IMG/VR virus record: IMGVR_UViG_3300046425_000186
Coordinates: 1 to 53,862 of that record
DNA from: a virus
Lineage: Duplodnaviria; Caudoviricetes
Length of the DNA stretch: 53,862 nt
Strand: one strand, 5' to 3'
Part shown: piece by piece, positions 29,518-39,505 of the stretch
Position numbering within the stretch: position 1 is the stretch's first letter
How the letters are laid out: every line of letters begins with the position of its first letter
The notes under the pieces: model-generated
Seen by the model: the letters and a program-made list of their open reading frames with translations, nothing else
Database searches by the model: none
Told to the model about the DNA's origin: nothing
Program-made: the position numbers and the translations under genes

Positions 29518-31233
29518 ATGAGTTACGAAAATCCAAGACAATTATATACCGGTATAGATCCAGCCTCTGCTTATCTTGAAGGATTTCAAAAACAATCCGC
29601 TATAGATGAAAAACGTAGAAAAGAACTAGAAGCAGAACAAGAAAGAAAAAGAGCTGAAGAGCAAAGGTTGATAGAAAAAATGCAGCGCGTTCAAGGTGAT
29701 GCTGATGTGTGGAATTTAGAGCAAATGAATAAATTAGCTACTGCTCCAAAAACATCTGCGATACAAGACGAGCTGATGAAAACATTAAACGATAGAATAG
29801 ATATAGCCACTCAAGCTCAAATATATTTAAAGACTCAATTTGGAGATCAAGAAAAAAGAAACTCAGCAAAAAAAGCAATACAAGATTACTACGATTTATT
29901 AAACTTAACAAGTGAAACAACAAAAAGTTTTGTAGCTACTGGACAATATTGGAAAGAAAACGCAACTCAAATAGGTAGTAAAATAACGATACTAGGAGAC
30001 ACTCCAGAAGATATAGCTAATAATCAATTTTTAGTAAATTCTTTGGGTGGTATATATAGTAATGCAGACTTTGAAATGGTTTATGATCAAGAAAAAAACG
30101 ATATAATGGTAAAAGTTTCTGGTTATGAACCTAAAAGAATGCAAGACGGTAAACTCGTAGAAGGAGATTATAGAGAAAAATATATAAGTGCTAGAGCGTG
30201 GAATGCAAACGTAAATGAAGGTGATAATTTTTCTTTTATATCTACAGTACCTCAACTTGTTAACGAATCTTTAGAAATGATGAAACCTGCTGATAGAACA
30301 AAAGCAGGTAATGGTTTAGGTATTTTACTAGCAAATGGTCAATTCTCAGATAAATATTGGAGTGATCAAATTATATTTAGAGATAGAATAAATTACGAAG
30401 GTAGTAAAAGCTCTAAAAAAACAGAAGAAATAAGACAGTATTTAAACTTAGATAAAGTTAGAGAAGACATGCAGTCTATATTGACTGCTAAAGTAAAAGG
30501 TGTTAATTCAAATGTTCAACAAGCTGCTAACGGTTGGAATATAGATTTAAAAAAGCTTAACGAAGGTATTGAAAATGATTATCAAAATGTTCAACCTACA
30601 GAAGAACAATACAAAGAAGCGTTATTTAATCAGTTGATAGAATCAACAACAACAGGTTTAGTTCAAGATGAACAAGGAAGATGGTATAAATCTGGAAGCA
30701 AAAGTATAATTCAACCAAAACCTAAAAAAGTAATAACACCTAACATAGGTTATAGAGCTCAATACTATAATAATATAATCCTTGGTGGAGATAATCCAAC
30801 TCAAGTTGTATTAGATAATATGTTTAAAATTGAAGGACCAAAAGGTAGATATATGCCTAAAGAAGAAATTTATGAATTTTGGTTAGACAATGAGCATAAT
30901 AAGAAAGTTGCAAACTCCAAATCAAACAGAGATTACTATAAAGACAAAGGTATGGATCCTAGAGAAGTATTTGAAAAACTAGCTCCAAAAGATGGTCTTT
31001 ATAAAATAATAAATAGCAAGCCTGTTTATGCTGGTGATTACAATTTTGATTCAGCTGTTGATAGATTAGAATTTGCTTTAGACAATACAACACAGTCAGA
31101 AAGAAAAGCTATTGAAAATGAAACTATATTAATGACTAGAGCTAGAAAAATAGATTGGATGAATTCTAATCCAAAAAAACAAGGTGAGACAGACGCTGAG
31201 TATGTTAAAAGAATGGAAAAAGCATTAAAATAA
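29518..31233 (+). CDS. Putative internal virion protein
   Basis: 571 aa, helical; middle gene of a small-medium-giant series after the tail genes. Confidence 0.55.
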   Translation: MSYENPRQLYTGIDPASAYLEGFQKQSAIDEKRRKELEAEQERKRAEEQRLIEKMQRVQGDADVWNLEQMNKLATAPKTSAIQDELMKTLNDRIDIATQAQIYLKTQFGDQEKRNSAKKAIQDYYDLLNLTSETTKSFVATGQYWKENATQIGSKITILGDTPEDIANNQFLVNSLGGIYSNADFEMVYDQEKNDIMVKVSGYEPKRMQDGKLVEGDYREKYISARAWNANVNEGDNFSFISTVPQLVNESLEMMKPADRTKAGNGLGILLANGQFSDKYWSDQIIFRDRINYEGSKSSKKTEEIRQYLNLDKVREDMQSILTAKVKGVNSNVQQAANGWNIDLKKLNEGIENDYQNVQPTEEQYKEALFNQLIESTTTGLVQDEQGRWYKSGSKSIIQPKPKKVITPNIGYRAQYYNNIILGGDNPTQVVLDNMFKIEGPKGRYMPKEEIYEFWLDNEHNKKVANSKSNRDYYKDKGMDPREVFEKLAPKDGLYKIINSKPVYAGDYNFDSAVDRLEFALDNTTQSERKAIENETILMTRARKIDWMNSNPKKQGETDAEYVKRMEKALK

Positions 31234-31238
31234 AATAA

Positions 31239-34200
31239 ATGGAAATATATATTTTACCAAATGGAGAGGAAGTTGATTTGACTAATTATCCAGAACAACA
31301 AAAAATAATTTTCTTGTCTGAAAACCCAGGTGCAAAATTAAAAAAAGTGGAGGGTGTTGCAGCGGGTGCAAATGCGATGCCTTCAAACAACATGTTCGCA
31401 CCGAGTCAAGATGGGGAGTTAGTTTTGGAAAATACTTCATCGGTATCTCCAGGTAGTTTAGATATAAACAATTTTGAGTATTTTAATCCAAACGTAGATG
31501 AAAATTTAAAATCAGAAATAGGAGAGTCTATTAATAGATTTGACAAAGATAGTCTACTTAAACAAAACCAATTTGGTTTATTTGAAGATGAAAACATACA
31601 ACTAGCTATAGACAATAGTTTTATAAATGATCAAGATCTTATAGATGCTGGTTATAAAGATGATCCTTCAGGTTTATCTACTATAAATCCTATACCTAAA
31701 TATAAAAGAGATAAAGCAAGAAGTAGAATTGCTACTTTTCAAAGTAAAGGTAAAGATGAAATACAAACTTATATAGATATTCAAAAATTAAATCAACCTT
31801 ATATATATGAAGAGTTTGATCCTCAGGATAATTTTGTAAATGAAGTATATGGAGATGTATATCTAGATAACATGAATCAAGTTGACTTTGCTGGCTTTAT
31901 GAAAAATAAAGGCTACGATGAAGATCTTAAAAGATTCTTAGAGCTTGAAATGGATAAAAAATCTTATAGTAATGCTTATGATCCAGAACTTGCTTATGAA
32001 AGAAGAAAATTAAAATATTTTAATTTATATTTAAACGAGCAAATACAAAGAGACATTAAGCAACAAAAACTAATGTTTCAATCTGAAACTGGTATAGATC
32101 CAAATTCTCTTAATAAAAAATTTCAAATATCTCCTGAAAATATAAAATTAAACCAATACGAGTCTTACGTTAGAAAAGAGTTTCCTGTTATATCTGCTAA
32201 AATGCAAGAAGCAGACGAAAGAGACAATATAGAGTATCAAAAGCTTTTAAAATCTAATGGTAATATTGGCGCAGGTCAATTTCTTTTAAATATTACAGGA
32301 AGTGGTTGGAATGGAATTAGTGATAGAATAGAAGAACTTAGTGCGTCTTTTTATGGCATATTACCCGGTGATTATTTTGAAGGTGTTTCTGAGTCTATAA
32401 GAGAAGAACTTGCTTTAGAAAAGCTAGGTATGGAAGGTAATTGGAAACATTACACTGGTCCTGGTCGTTTTGTAACTGGTTTAGGTAATTCTATAGTAGA
32501 CACGGAAACTAATACTACTTATTTAGTAACAAAAGATGGTAGAATATTAGACAAAACAAGATCTTTAGATGCTACAAACTTTTTAACTCAAGAAAAAGCA
32601 GACAAAATAAGAAAAGAAGCTAGAGAAAGAGGTATTAAAGACAAGGCTTTTAGTGTTTTAGGCGCTTTTGATTCTGGGGCTAACGTAATAGGTGATTTGT
32701 TTGTGCAAATAGCTATGACTAGAGGCATGGGTAACGGTATTAGGGCTGTTGGTGGTTTTACTAATGGTATGGGTATTCTTGGAAAAACAAGAAGCTTTTT
32801 GAAATCTATACCAATAAAAAGATCTATGGCAGACGCTATCATAGCGCAAGGCACTATGGGCTTTTCTAGAGGTTATGAACAAACACTAGCTCAAGCTAGA
32901 CAAATGGGGATAAATGATCAAGATGCTTCAGAGTTAGCTGCTGTTGCTTCTATACAAACTGGTATACTTTACGCATTAACAGCTCCTATATCTCCACAAA
33001 CAAAAGCTACAGATGCTATTTTTGGAAAATTAACTACAAAAAACTTTGTAGGAAACGCACTAAAAGAATATACAAAAAAAGGTAAAAGCTCTTTTATAGA
33101 TTATTTTAGAAGCGGAAAACTTGGTACTATTGTTAATTTAGGTGGAGAAGGTTTGAAAGAAGTTTTTCAAGAAAACGTACAGCAGATAGGCGAAGTGTTT
33201 GCAGTAAATAAAAATATAAACGAAATAGCTGGTAAAAAAATATTGAAAGATACTATGAGTATGCAAGATTTTCTTGATACTACTATACTTTCTTTTTTTG
33301 CCGGCGCTATAATGCCAGGTGCTGGAGTAACATTAAATTTAGCAAAGCAAACAGCTAGACAGATGTTAGGTATGTCAGCTGTTGATAGATTTAATAATTT
33401 AAGTTACTTAGCTTATAAAAAAGAAGATGTTAAAAATCTATTAGCAAAACAAGTTAATCAAGGTATATATACGCAACAAGAAGCGGATCAAGTTTTAGAA
33501 GAAATAAATGCTTTTAATAACAATATAAATAGAATGCCTCAAGATTTATCAGCTGAAGCTGCTAGTCAAATACTAGGAGATGTTAATGAAGTTGGTAGAC
33601 TTAGACAACAAAGAAAAACAGAAGATCCATCTTTTCACTCAGAAACAGACGCAAGAATAGCGGCGTTAGATGAAAAAATAAAAACAGCTTACTATAATGA
33701 TATAACAAAAAGAAAAAGCGGTATTATAGAAAAAGCTATAAAAAAAGGTAAGTTCAAAAATATATCATGGAACGAATTTGAATCAACTGAAAACCTTGTT
33801 GATTTTTTAGTTGAAGAATTAGGTTATACAAAAGCAAAAGCGACTTCAACAGCTCAAAAATATGGAACTACAATACAGAGAGGTGATCAGCAATATATAG
33901 TTATAAACAACGAAAAAGCTTCTAAAGATGGTAAAGTCACTGTAAAAGAGCACGAATTTTTACACGGTGTAATGTATGAGACTATAAGAAATAACCCTGA
34001 AGCTCAAATGTTGTTAGGTAAATCTCTTTTAGCTGAAGTAATGAAAATACAAGACAAATTAGACTCTAATGATTCTCTTGAAAAAGCTTTACCAGATGAG
34101 TTTTTAAAAGACTTTACTAGTTATATTACATTTTATAACGACATGATAAAAGGCTTTGACGCTGATTTAAAATCTGGAGTTATAACTAAACAAGAGTATG

Positions 34201-37200
34201 ATAGAAAAGTATCAGAAGCTGTTGGAAACCAATGGGAAGAAGTTTTAACACTTTACTCTGATGCTATAACAGTTGGCGCTGTTACTTACGAAGCAGATAC
34301 TTTTACAAAAATAGCAGACACAATAAGACAAGTTTTACAGTTTTTAGGTTTTAAAAATATAAAATTTAATTCTGCTAGAGATGTTTATAACTTTATAAAA
34401 GATTACAATAGTAGTATAAATTCAAGAATACTTACAGCAGATAAAAACAAAGCTTTAATTAAAGTAGCTGAAAAAGGAGCCCAAATAGACACGGAGGCTT
34501 TAGAAAAAGAGTCTCAAGAGTTTGTTGATAAAAATAAAAAGAAAGCTCCACAGGAACCTGTTGTAGACAGAGAACCAACTCTTGATGAAATACAAGACAT
34601 AGAAGATAATTTTAATTTTGATGAAAAGTTTTCTTTAAAACCAAAGAAAAGAACAAGTTCAGAAGAATTTAAATCAAGAGTTAATTCTTTTTACAATAAA
34701 AATATATGGGGTAAATCATCAGGTGTTGATAACGTTTTATACGATATATTAAATGAGTACGAAAAACCTATACTAGATAAAGCATCTGTTTTATATGGAA
34801 ATCTACCTGATTATAGTGTTGAAGATATGCTTGCTGAAACTTCTATAGCATTAATACCACATGTTAGAAATTTTAATAAAGAATTTTTAGAACTTAGAGA
34901 AAAGAAAAGAGAAGAACTTAAACAAAAAGGATTTTCTTCTTCTGAGATAAATAATACTTTAAATAAGCTAGACGAAAAAGGATATAAAAATTCTAAGGGT
35001 GAAACTATATTAGAAAACAATAATCTTAATGGCTGGATAAACAGTCAATTAAGAAATAAAATGAAACAAGCTCTTAAAACAGGCAATGTTACTAGTCAAA
35101 AGTTTACAGATGAAATAGATGAAAGAGCAACTTCTATTGAAACATCAAATGAAACTAATATTCAAGAACAAAAAGAAGAGTTTGAAAAAAATCAAGATGA
35201 ATTAATAACTCTGTTAAAAGATCCTGCGTTTGGATTTTCTAATAGCGATGGTGATCCTATATTAATAGAAGGTGTACCAGTTGGTGGTGATTTTGCTTTA
35301 AATGCAGATGATCCTTCTATAGCTGTAAATAAAAAGCTAAAGTCAGTTACAGATCCAGCTATTAAAAAACAATTAGAGCAAGAAAAAAGAGATTTAAAAA
35401 GAGGTTTAGAGCTTGAAGCTAAAGAAAGATTGACAGACGAAGAGGTAAAAGAATTAAAAGAATTAAAATCTTTTAAAACATACAGCGTTGCTTCGGGAGG
35501 TTTTATAAAAACTTATAAAGCATATTCTCAAGAAATAAACCCAGCTGCGATTATTGCCGCTGAAGTTAGAAGAGAAATATTATCAGCACCAAACATAGAA
35601 ACTTTAGATTTTAGAAATTTTAAAGAAAAATTAGCTATATTATCTCAAACTCTTTCAAGAAGAATGACGTTTAAAAATAGCACAGATTTAGAATCTTTTA
35701 TGTTCAACAATTGGAAAACTATATGGGAAGTTATCAACAATCCTATTGACCCAGTTACAGGTGAGTCTACCTATGCTATAAAGAAAGTTCCACCAAGATT
35801 AAAAACTACAGATGATCAAGGTAGACCTCAAAAAACAAAAGATATAAATGTTGTTACTTTTTTACAGAGTTATTTTGGTGTAGATGAAGCAACTAGAATA
35901 ATAAGAACGTATAGTAAAAATCCCAATGTTTTATTAAAAAAGCTATTACCAGTTGAACTAGGTAGAACAGGTAACAAACTTTGGGCTACAGCTTATTTTG
36001 ATAGAAGAACAGCTTTAATGGAATTGTTTGGAGATGTTTTAGTTCTTCAAGAAGCTAGAAACTCTTTAAGAAACGATGCTTTCTTAAATGAAATATCTAA
36101 AAGAAATGTAAACCTATACAACGATTTACAAAATATAAACATAAGAAACAAGGTAATAAGCAACTTTGCTAAAGGAAAATCTGATAAAGTTAAATTTAGC
36201 ATGAGCAATGGAACTAGAAATAATGCTAAGCTAAATTCTTATCTTAGATACTCTAATGATCCTAATCAACAGTTTTTTACTGCTAAAATAATGGATCAAG
36301 CATCTAGGCAAGTGTCTAAATTTAGTCAAAAAAGAAACAAATTTAAAGTTCCTGACCTAGGTAAGATGAACGATAGAGCAGTTTCTTATTATTTAATAGA
36401 TAAAATATCTCAAGGATATAGTGAATTTGAATTTAAAAATGCTAATAATAAAAAAGGTAAAATAACAAAAGGTGTTTTAGATGTTACTAAATTTTCTTTA
36501 GAAAATAATAAAAATTATAGTAATAATTTAAATACAGCATTTAATCAAATAATTGAAGAAAATACTGGTATTGCTGTAGAGGAAACCTTTTCTAAAGCAA
36601 GAGCAGAACAGATGGCTAAAAATATTTCTAAAAAAATATATTTACCACCTGCAGATTCTGATTTTTTAGGTTTAATGCTTATGGTTGCTTCGGGTAGAGG
36701 TAAAAAAGGAGATCGACAAGTAGATTGGGTAACAGAAAATATAATAAAACCGTATTCAGAAGGTAACTTAGATTTAATAAATGCTAGAAACTCAGCACAT
36801 AGAGATTGGAAAAACTTATTTGACAAACCAACAAAAAAACTACTAAGAGAAGATTCTAGTTATTCTGGTTTTAGTAATGATCAAGCTATAAGAGTTTATT
36901 TATGGAAAAAAGCTGGATATCAAATACCAGATTTAGAATCTAAAGATATATTTAATTTATCTGAAGTGGTTAGAACAAATCCAAAATTAAGAAAACTAGC
37001 TCAAAAAATATCATTACTAGCTAAACAACCTAATGGATATATAGAACCACCTCAGCAATGGGTTGATGGTAATATACTTTCAGACGTTCAATCTATATTA
37101 ACTAAATTAAATAGAGCTAAATATTTACAAAGATGGAAACAAAATGTTGATTTGATATTTAACAAAGAAACAATGGCTAAATTACAAGCCGCCTATGGTA

Positions 37201-38600
37201 CTCCTTATGTTGATGCTCTAACAGATGTTTTAGGTAGAATGCAAACCGGCACAAACAAACCTAAAGGTTTAGATAAAGCAACTAGAGGTTGGGTTGACTG
37301 GCTTAATGGTTCTGTAGGTGTTACTATGTTTTTCAACATGAGATCTGCTTTACTACAAACAATATCAGCTACGAACTTTATTAATATGACATTTAATAAT
37401 CCTTTAGCTGCTGGTAAAGCTATATTAAATGTTCCACAAATGGTTAAAGATTTTAAAACACTTTGGAACTCTCCTTATTTAAAAGATAGAAGATCTGGTT
37501 TATTAAGTGACTTACAGGAAGCAGAGTTTGTAGATGTTTTGAATAGTCCTAATAATAAAACATGGGCACAAAAAACAAAAGGTTTAATATTTTGGGCTCT
37601 TAAAAAAGGTTTTATACCAACAAGAGCTGCTGATAGTTTAGCAATAACATTAGGTGGAACTACTTTTTATAGAAATAGAATAAATGATTTAGTTAAAAAA
37701 GGAGTTGATAAAGCAGAAGCCGAAAAACAAGCTATGTTAGAGTTTTATGAAACAGCTGAAATAAGTCAACAGTCGGCAGATCCATCTAAAATCTCTCAAA
37801 ACCAAGCGTCTGTTAAAGGTAGATTACTTTTAGCATTTCAAAACACACCACTACAATACTCTAGAATAATAAAACGTTCAGCTTTAAATATTGCAAAAAA
37901 TAGAGGTAGTTTTGCTGGTAATGTTTCTAAAATAGTTTATTACGCGGCTATTCAAAATTTTATATTCAACTTCTTGCAAAACGCTTTATTTAGAATGTGG
38001 GACGATGATGATGAAAGATATATAGATTATACACAAAGTAAAACTAGAGCTGCTAATAGTATGCTAGATACTTTAATAAGAGGAGCTGGTTTGTATGGAG
38101 CTTATGTTGCTGCAGTAAAAAACGTTGGACTAAAAGCCTACGAGCTTAGTCAAGGACCAAGACGTGGTAGAGGAAAAGAATATCAACTAGTTATAGAAGC
38201 TTTAAATGTTTCTGCACCTATAGGTATTAAGGCAAGAAAATTAGCTAGAGCTTATCAGTCTTATAGTTATAAGTCAGAATACTTTGATTATTGGGGTTGG
38301 AATCCAATAAAAAATCCTTACGCTTTAGAGGCTCTTACAACTTTAACATCAGCAACTTTAAATATACCACTTGATAGACTAATGATAAAAGCAGAAAACG
38401 CGGCGGCTGTGTTAGACAGTCAATATGAAACATGGCAAAGGATTGCTTTCTTTTTTGGTTATAGTAAATGGAATTTAGATTTAGACGAAGATCAATACGA
38501 GAATAATAATAATATAAACAATCCTTTTGGTTTAGATTTTGGTGGAGAACTAAATGACCTAGATATAGATTTAAACTTAGATATAGATATAGATTTATAA
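31239..38600 (+). CDS. Giant multidomain putative internal virion/ejection protein with zincin motif and sigma-region-2-like segment
   Basis: 2453 aa; HEFLH at 33951-33965; four KFS motifs; sigma2-like segment at about 34728-35078; helical C-terminal domain. Confidence 0.7.
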   Translation: MEIYILPNGEEVDLTNYPEQQKIIFLSENPGAKLKKVEGVAAGANAMPSNNMFAPSQDGELVLENTSSVSPGSLDINNFEYFNPNVDENLKSEIGESINRFDKDSLLKQNQFGLFEDENIQLAIDNSFINDQDLIDAGYKDDPSGLSTINPIPKYKRDKARSRIATFQSKGKDEIQTYIDIQKLNQPYIYEEFDPQDNFVNEVYGDVYLDNMNQVDFAGFMKNKGYDEDLKRFLELEMDKKSYSNAYDPELAYERRKLKYFNLYLNEQIQRDIKQQKLMFQSETGIDPNSLNKKFQISPENIKLNQYESYVRKEFPVISAKMQEADERDNIEYQKLLKSNGNIGAGQFLLNITGSGWNGISDRIEELSASFYGILPGDYFEGVSESIREELALEKLGMEGNWKHYTGPGRFVTGLGNSIVDTETNTTYLVTKDGRILDKTRSLDATNFLTQEKADKIRKEARERGIKDKAFSVLGAFDSGANVIGDLFVQIAMTRGMGNGIRAVGGFTNGMGILGKTRSFLKSIPIKRSMADAIIAQGTMGFSRGYEQTLAQARQMGINDQDASELAAVASIQTGILYALTAPISPQTKATDAIFGKLTTKNFVGNALKEYTKKGKSSFIDYFRSGKLGTIVNLGGEGLKEVFQENVQQIGEVFAVNKNINEIAGKKILKDTMSMQDFLDTTILSFFAGAIMPGAGVTLNLAKQTARQMLGMSAVDRFNNLSYLAYKKEDVKNLLAKQVNQGIYTQQEADQVLEEINAFNNNINRMPQDLSAEAASQILGDVNEVGRLRQQRKTEDPSFHSETDARIAALDEKIKTAYYNDITKRKSGIIEKAIKKGKFKNISWNEFESTENLVDFLVEELGYTKAKATSTAQKYGTTIQRGDQQYIVINNEKASKDGKVTVKEHEFLHGVMYETIRNNPEAQMLLGKSLLAEVMKIQDKLDSNDSLEKALPDEFLKDFTSYITFYNDMIKGFDADLKSGVITKQEYDRKVSEAVGNQWEEVLTLYSDAITVGAVTYEADTFTKIADTIRQVLQFLGFKNIKFNSARDVYNFIKDYNSSINSRILTADKNKALIKVAEKGAQIDTEALEKESQEFVDKNKKKAPQEPVVDREPTLDEIQDIEDNFNFDEKFSLKPKKRTSSEEFKSRVNSFYNKNIWGKSSGVDNVLYDILNEYEKPILDKASVLYGNLPDYSVEDMLAETSIALIPHVRNFNKEFLELREKKREELKQKGFSSSEINNTLNKLDEKGYKNSKGETILENNNLNGWINSQLRNKMKQALKTGNVTSQKFTDEIDERATSIETSNETNIQEQKEEFEKNQDELITLLKDPAFGFSNSDGDPILIEGVPVGGDFALNADDPSIAVNKKLKSVTDPAIKKQLEQEKRDLKRGLELEAKERLTDEEVKELKELKSFKTYSVASGGFIKTYKAYSQEINPAAIIAAEVRREILSAPNIETLDFRNFKEKLAILSQTLSRRMTFKNSTDLESFMFNNWKTIWEVINNPIDPVTGESTYAIKKVPPRLKTTDDQGRPQKTKDINVVTFLQSYFGVDEATRIIRTYSKNPNVLLKKLLPVELGRTGNKLWATAYFDRRTALMELFGDVLVLQEARNSLRNDAFLNEISKRNVNLYNDLQNINIRNKVISNFAKGKSDKVKFSMSNGTRNNAKLNSYLRYSNDPNQQFFTAKIMDQASRQVSKFSQKRNKFKVPDLGKMNDRAVSYYLIDKISQGYSEFEFKNANNKKGKITKGVLDVTKFSLENNKNYSNNLNTAFNQIIEENTGIAVEETFSKARAEQMAKNISKKIYLPPADSDFLGLMLMVASGRGKKGDRQVDWVTENIIKPYSEGNLDLINARNSAHRDWKNLFDKPTKKLLREDSSYSGFSNDQAIRVYLWKKAGYQIPDLESKDIFNLSEVVRTNPKLRKLAQKISLLAKQPNGYIEPPQQWVDGNILSDVQSILTKLNRAKYLQRWKQNVDLIFNKETMAKLQAAYGTPYVDALTDVLGRMQTGTNKPKGLDKATRGWVDWLNGSVGVTMFFNMRSALLQTISATNFINMTFNNPLAAGKAILNVPQMVKDFKTLWNSPYLKDRRSGLLSDLQEAEFVDVLNSPNNKTWAQKTKGLIFWALKKGFIPTRAADSLAITLGGTTFYRNRINDLVKKGVDKAEAEKQAMLEFYETAEISQQSADPSKISQNQASVKGRLLLAFQNTPLQYSRIIKRSALNIAKNRGSFAGNVSKIVYYAAIQNFIFNFLQNALFRMWDDDDERYIDYTQSKTRAANSMLDTLIRGAGLYGAYVAAVKNVGLKAYELSQGPRRGRGKEYQLVIEALNVSAPIGIKARKLARAYQSYSYKSEYFDYWGWNPIKNPYALEALTTLTSATLNIPLDRLMIKAENAAAVLDSQYETWQRIAFFFGYSKWNLDLDEDQYENNNNINNPFGLDFGGELNDLDIDLNLDIDIDL

Positions 38601-38604
38601 AAAT

Positions 38605-38961
38605 ATGAAACACTTTAAAATAGAAGAATTTGATTGTCCAGGTTTGCCAGGTAGTGGCGAAATAATGGATCAGTGTTTTTTAAAAATGCTAGACAAAGCA
38701 AGAGAAATATACGGTAGACCTATGCGTGTAAACTCAGGTTATAGAACAAAAGAACATAATGCTAAGATTGGTGGGGTTAAAAACTCTTCTCATATACTAG
38801 GCATTGCTGCAGACATAAGCTGTAAAACATCTAAAGATAGATTTGATATGGTGAACGCCTTTATAGAGGCTGGATTTAAAAGAATAGGTGTAGGAAGTAG
38901 TTTTATACATGTAGACATAGACGAAAACAAATCACAAAACTTAATTTGGACTTATTATTAA
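38605..38961 (+). CDS. Endolysin, peptidase M15 family
   Basis: NSGYR..HN..GG..SSH..G.AADI..FIHVD zinc D-Ala-D-Ala peptidase motifs. Confidence 0.9.
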   Translation: MKHFKIEEFDCPGLPGSGEIMDQCFLKMLDKAREIYGRPMRVNSGYRTKEHNAKIGGVKNSSHILGIAADISCKTSKDRFDMVNAFIEAGFKRIGVGSSFIHVDIDENKSQNLIWTYY

Positions 38962-38970
38962 AATAAAAAA

Positions 38971-39126
38971 ATGGATTTTCAACAAATAAAACTTTACATT
39001 ATAAATGCTTCAACTCTAGGTGTTACAACCTTTACAAATATTGAAATGGGTTTAAAGATAATATTATTATTGGTAACAATAGGTTACACTCTAGATAAAT
39101 GGATTAAACTAAAAAAAAATAAATAA
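38971..39126 (+). CDS. Small membrane protein (51 aa), holin candidate; absent from the ORF track
   Basis: MDFQQIKLYIINASTLGVTTFTNIEMGLKIILLLVTIGYTLDKWIKLKKNK; hydrophobic helix, basic tail, adjacent to the endolysin. Confidence 0.7.
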   Translation: MDFQQIKLYIINASTLGVTTFTNIEMGLKIILLLVTIGYTLDKWIKLKKNK

Positions 39127-39127
39127 C

Positions 39128-39364
39128 ATGTGGAAATTAACAAAACAATACTGGATAGATGTTTGGAATTTACTTTGGAGTAAAACAAGCATAGACGAAA
39201 AAGCTATTGCAACTTTAAAAGAAATAAAGAAAAGATATAAATTAACTACTCAAGAGTTAAAAGATGTTGCAGACGCTATTAAAGAGGTTGGTAATCAAAT
39301 AGGAGATATTGATGATGCTCTAGCTGGTAATTCTAGAAAAGGCAGAAAAAAGGGAACAAAATAA
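39128..39364 (+). CDS. Hypothetical protein, last gene of the + arm
   Basis: 78 aa; amphipathic Trp-rich N-terminus and a coiled coil. Confidence 0.7.
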   Translation: MWKLTKQYWIDVWNLLWSKTSIDEKAIATLKEIKKRYKLTTQELKDVADAIKEVGNQIGDIDDALAGNSRKGRKKGTK

Positions 39365-39399
39365 AACTGGGCGTACCATACCCAAAAGTTCCTGTAACC

Positions 39400-39432
39400 A
39401 AGAAAGGGCCCTCATTACGAGAGCCCTTTCTT
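39400..39432. terminator. Probable bidirectional terminator between the convergent arms
   Basis: AAGAAAGGGC-cCTC-attac-GAGa-GCCCTTTCTT hairpin at the strand switch. Confidence 0.8.
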
Positions 39433-39505
39433 AATATGTATAGATTATTTAATTTTTTATACACATTAGTTATTGTATGTATAAAAAAGTCATAACTCTT
39501 AGCCT

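Noticed and set aside
31239-38600. Virion RNA polymerase as in crAss-like or N4 phages
   Set aside because: No DxDxD motif in a catalytic context; the only D-x-D-x-D runs are in the low-complexity extreme C-terminus.
1412-38613. Minus-strand ORFs inside the + arm (e.g. 4569-5141, 6640-6948, 36545-36826)
   Set aside because: They are antisense shadows of well-supported genes; their F/L/S-rich composition reflects reverse-complemented A-rich codons.
39124-39137. AACATGT resembling motif A at the 39128 start
   Set aside because: The second half (RATWMTA) is absent; the match is explained by stop codon plus ATG TGG.
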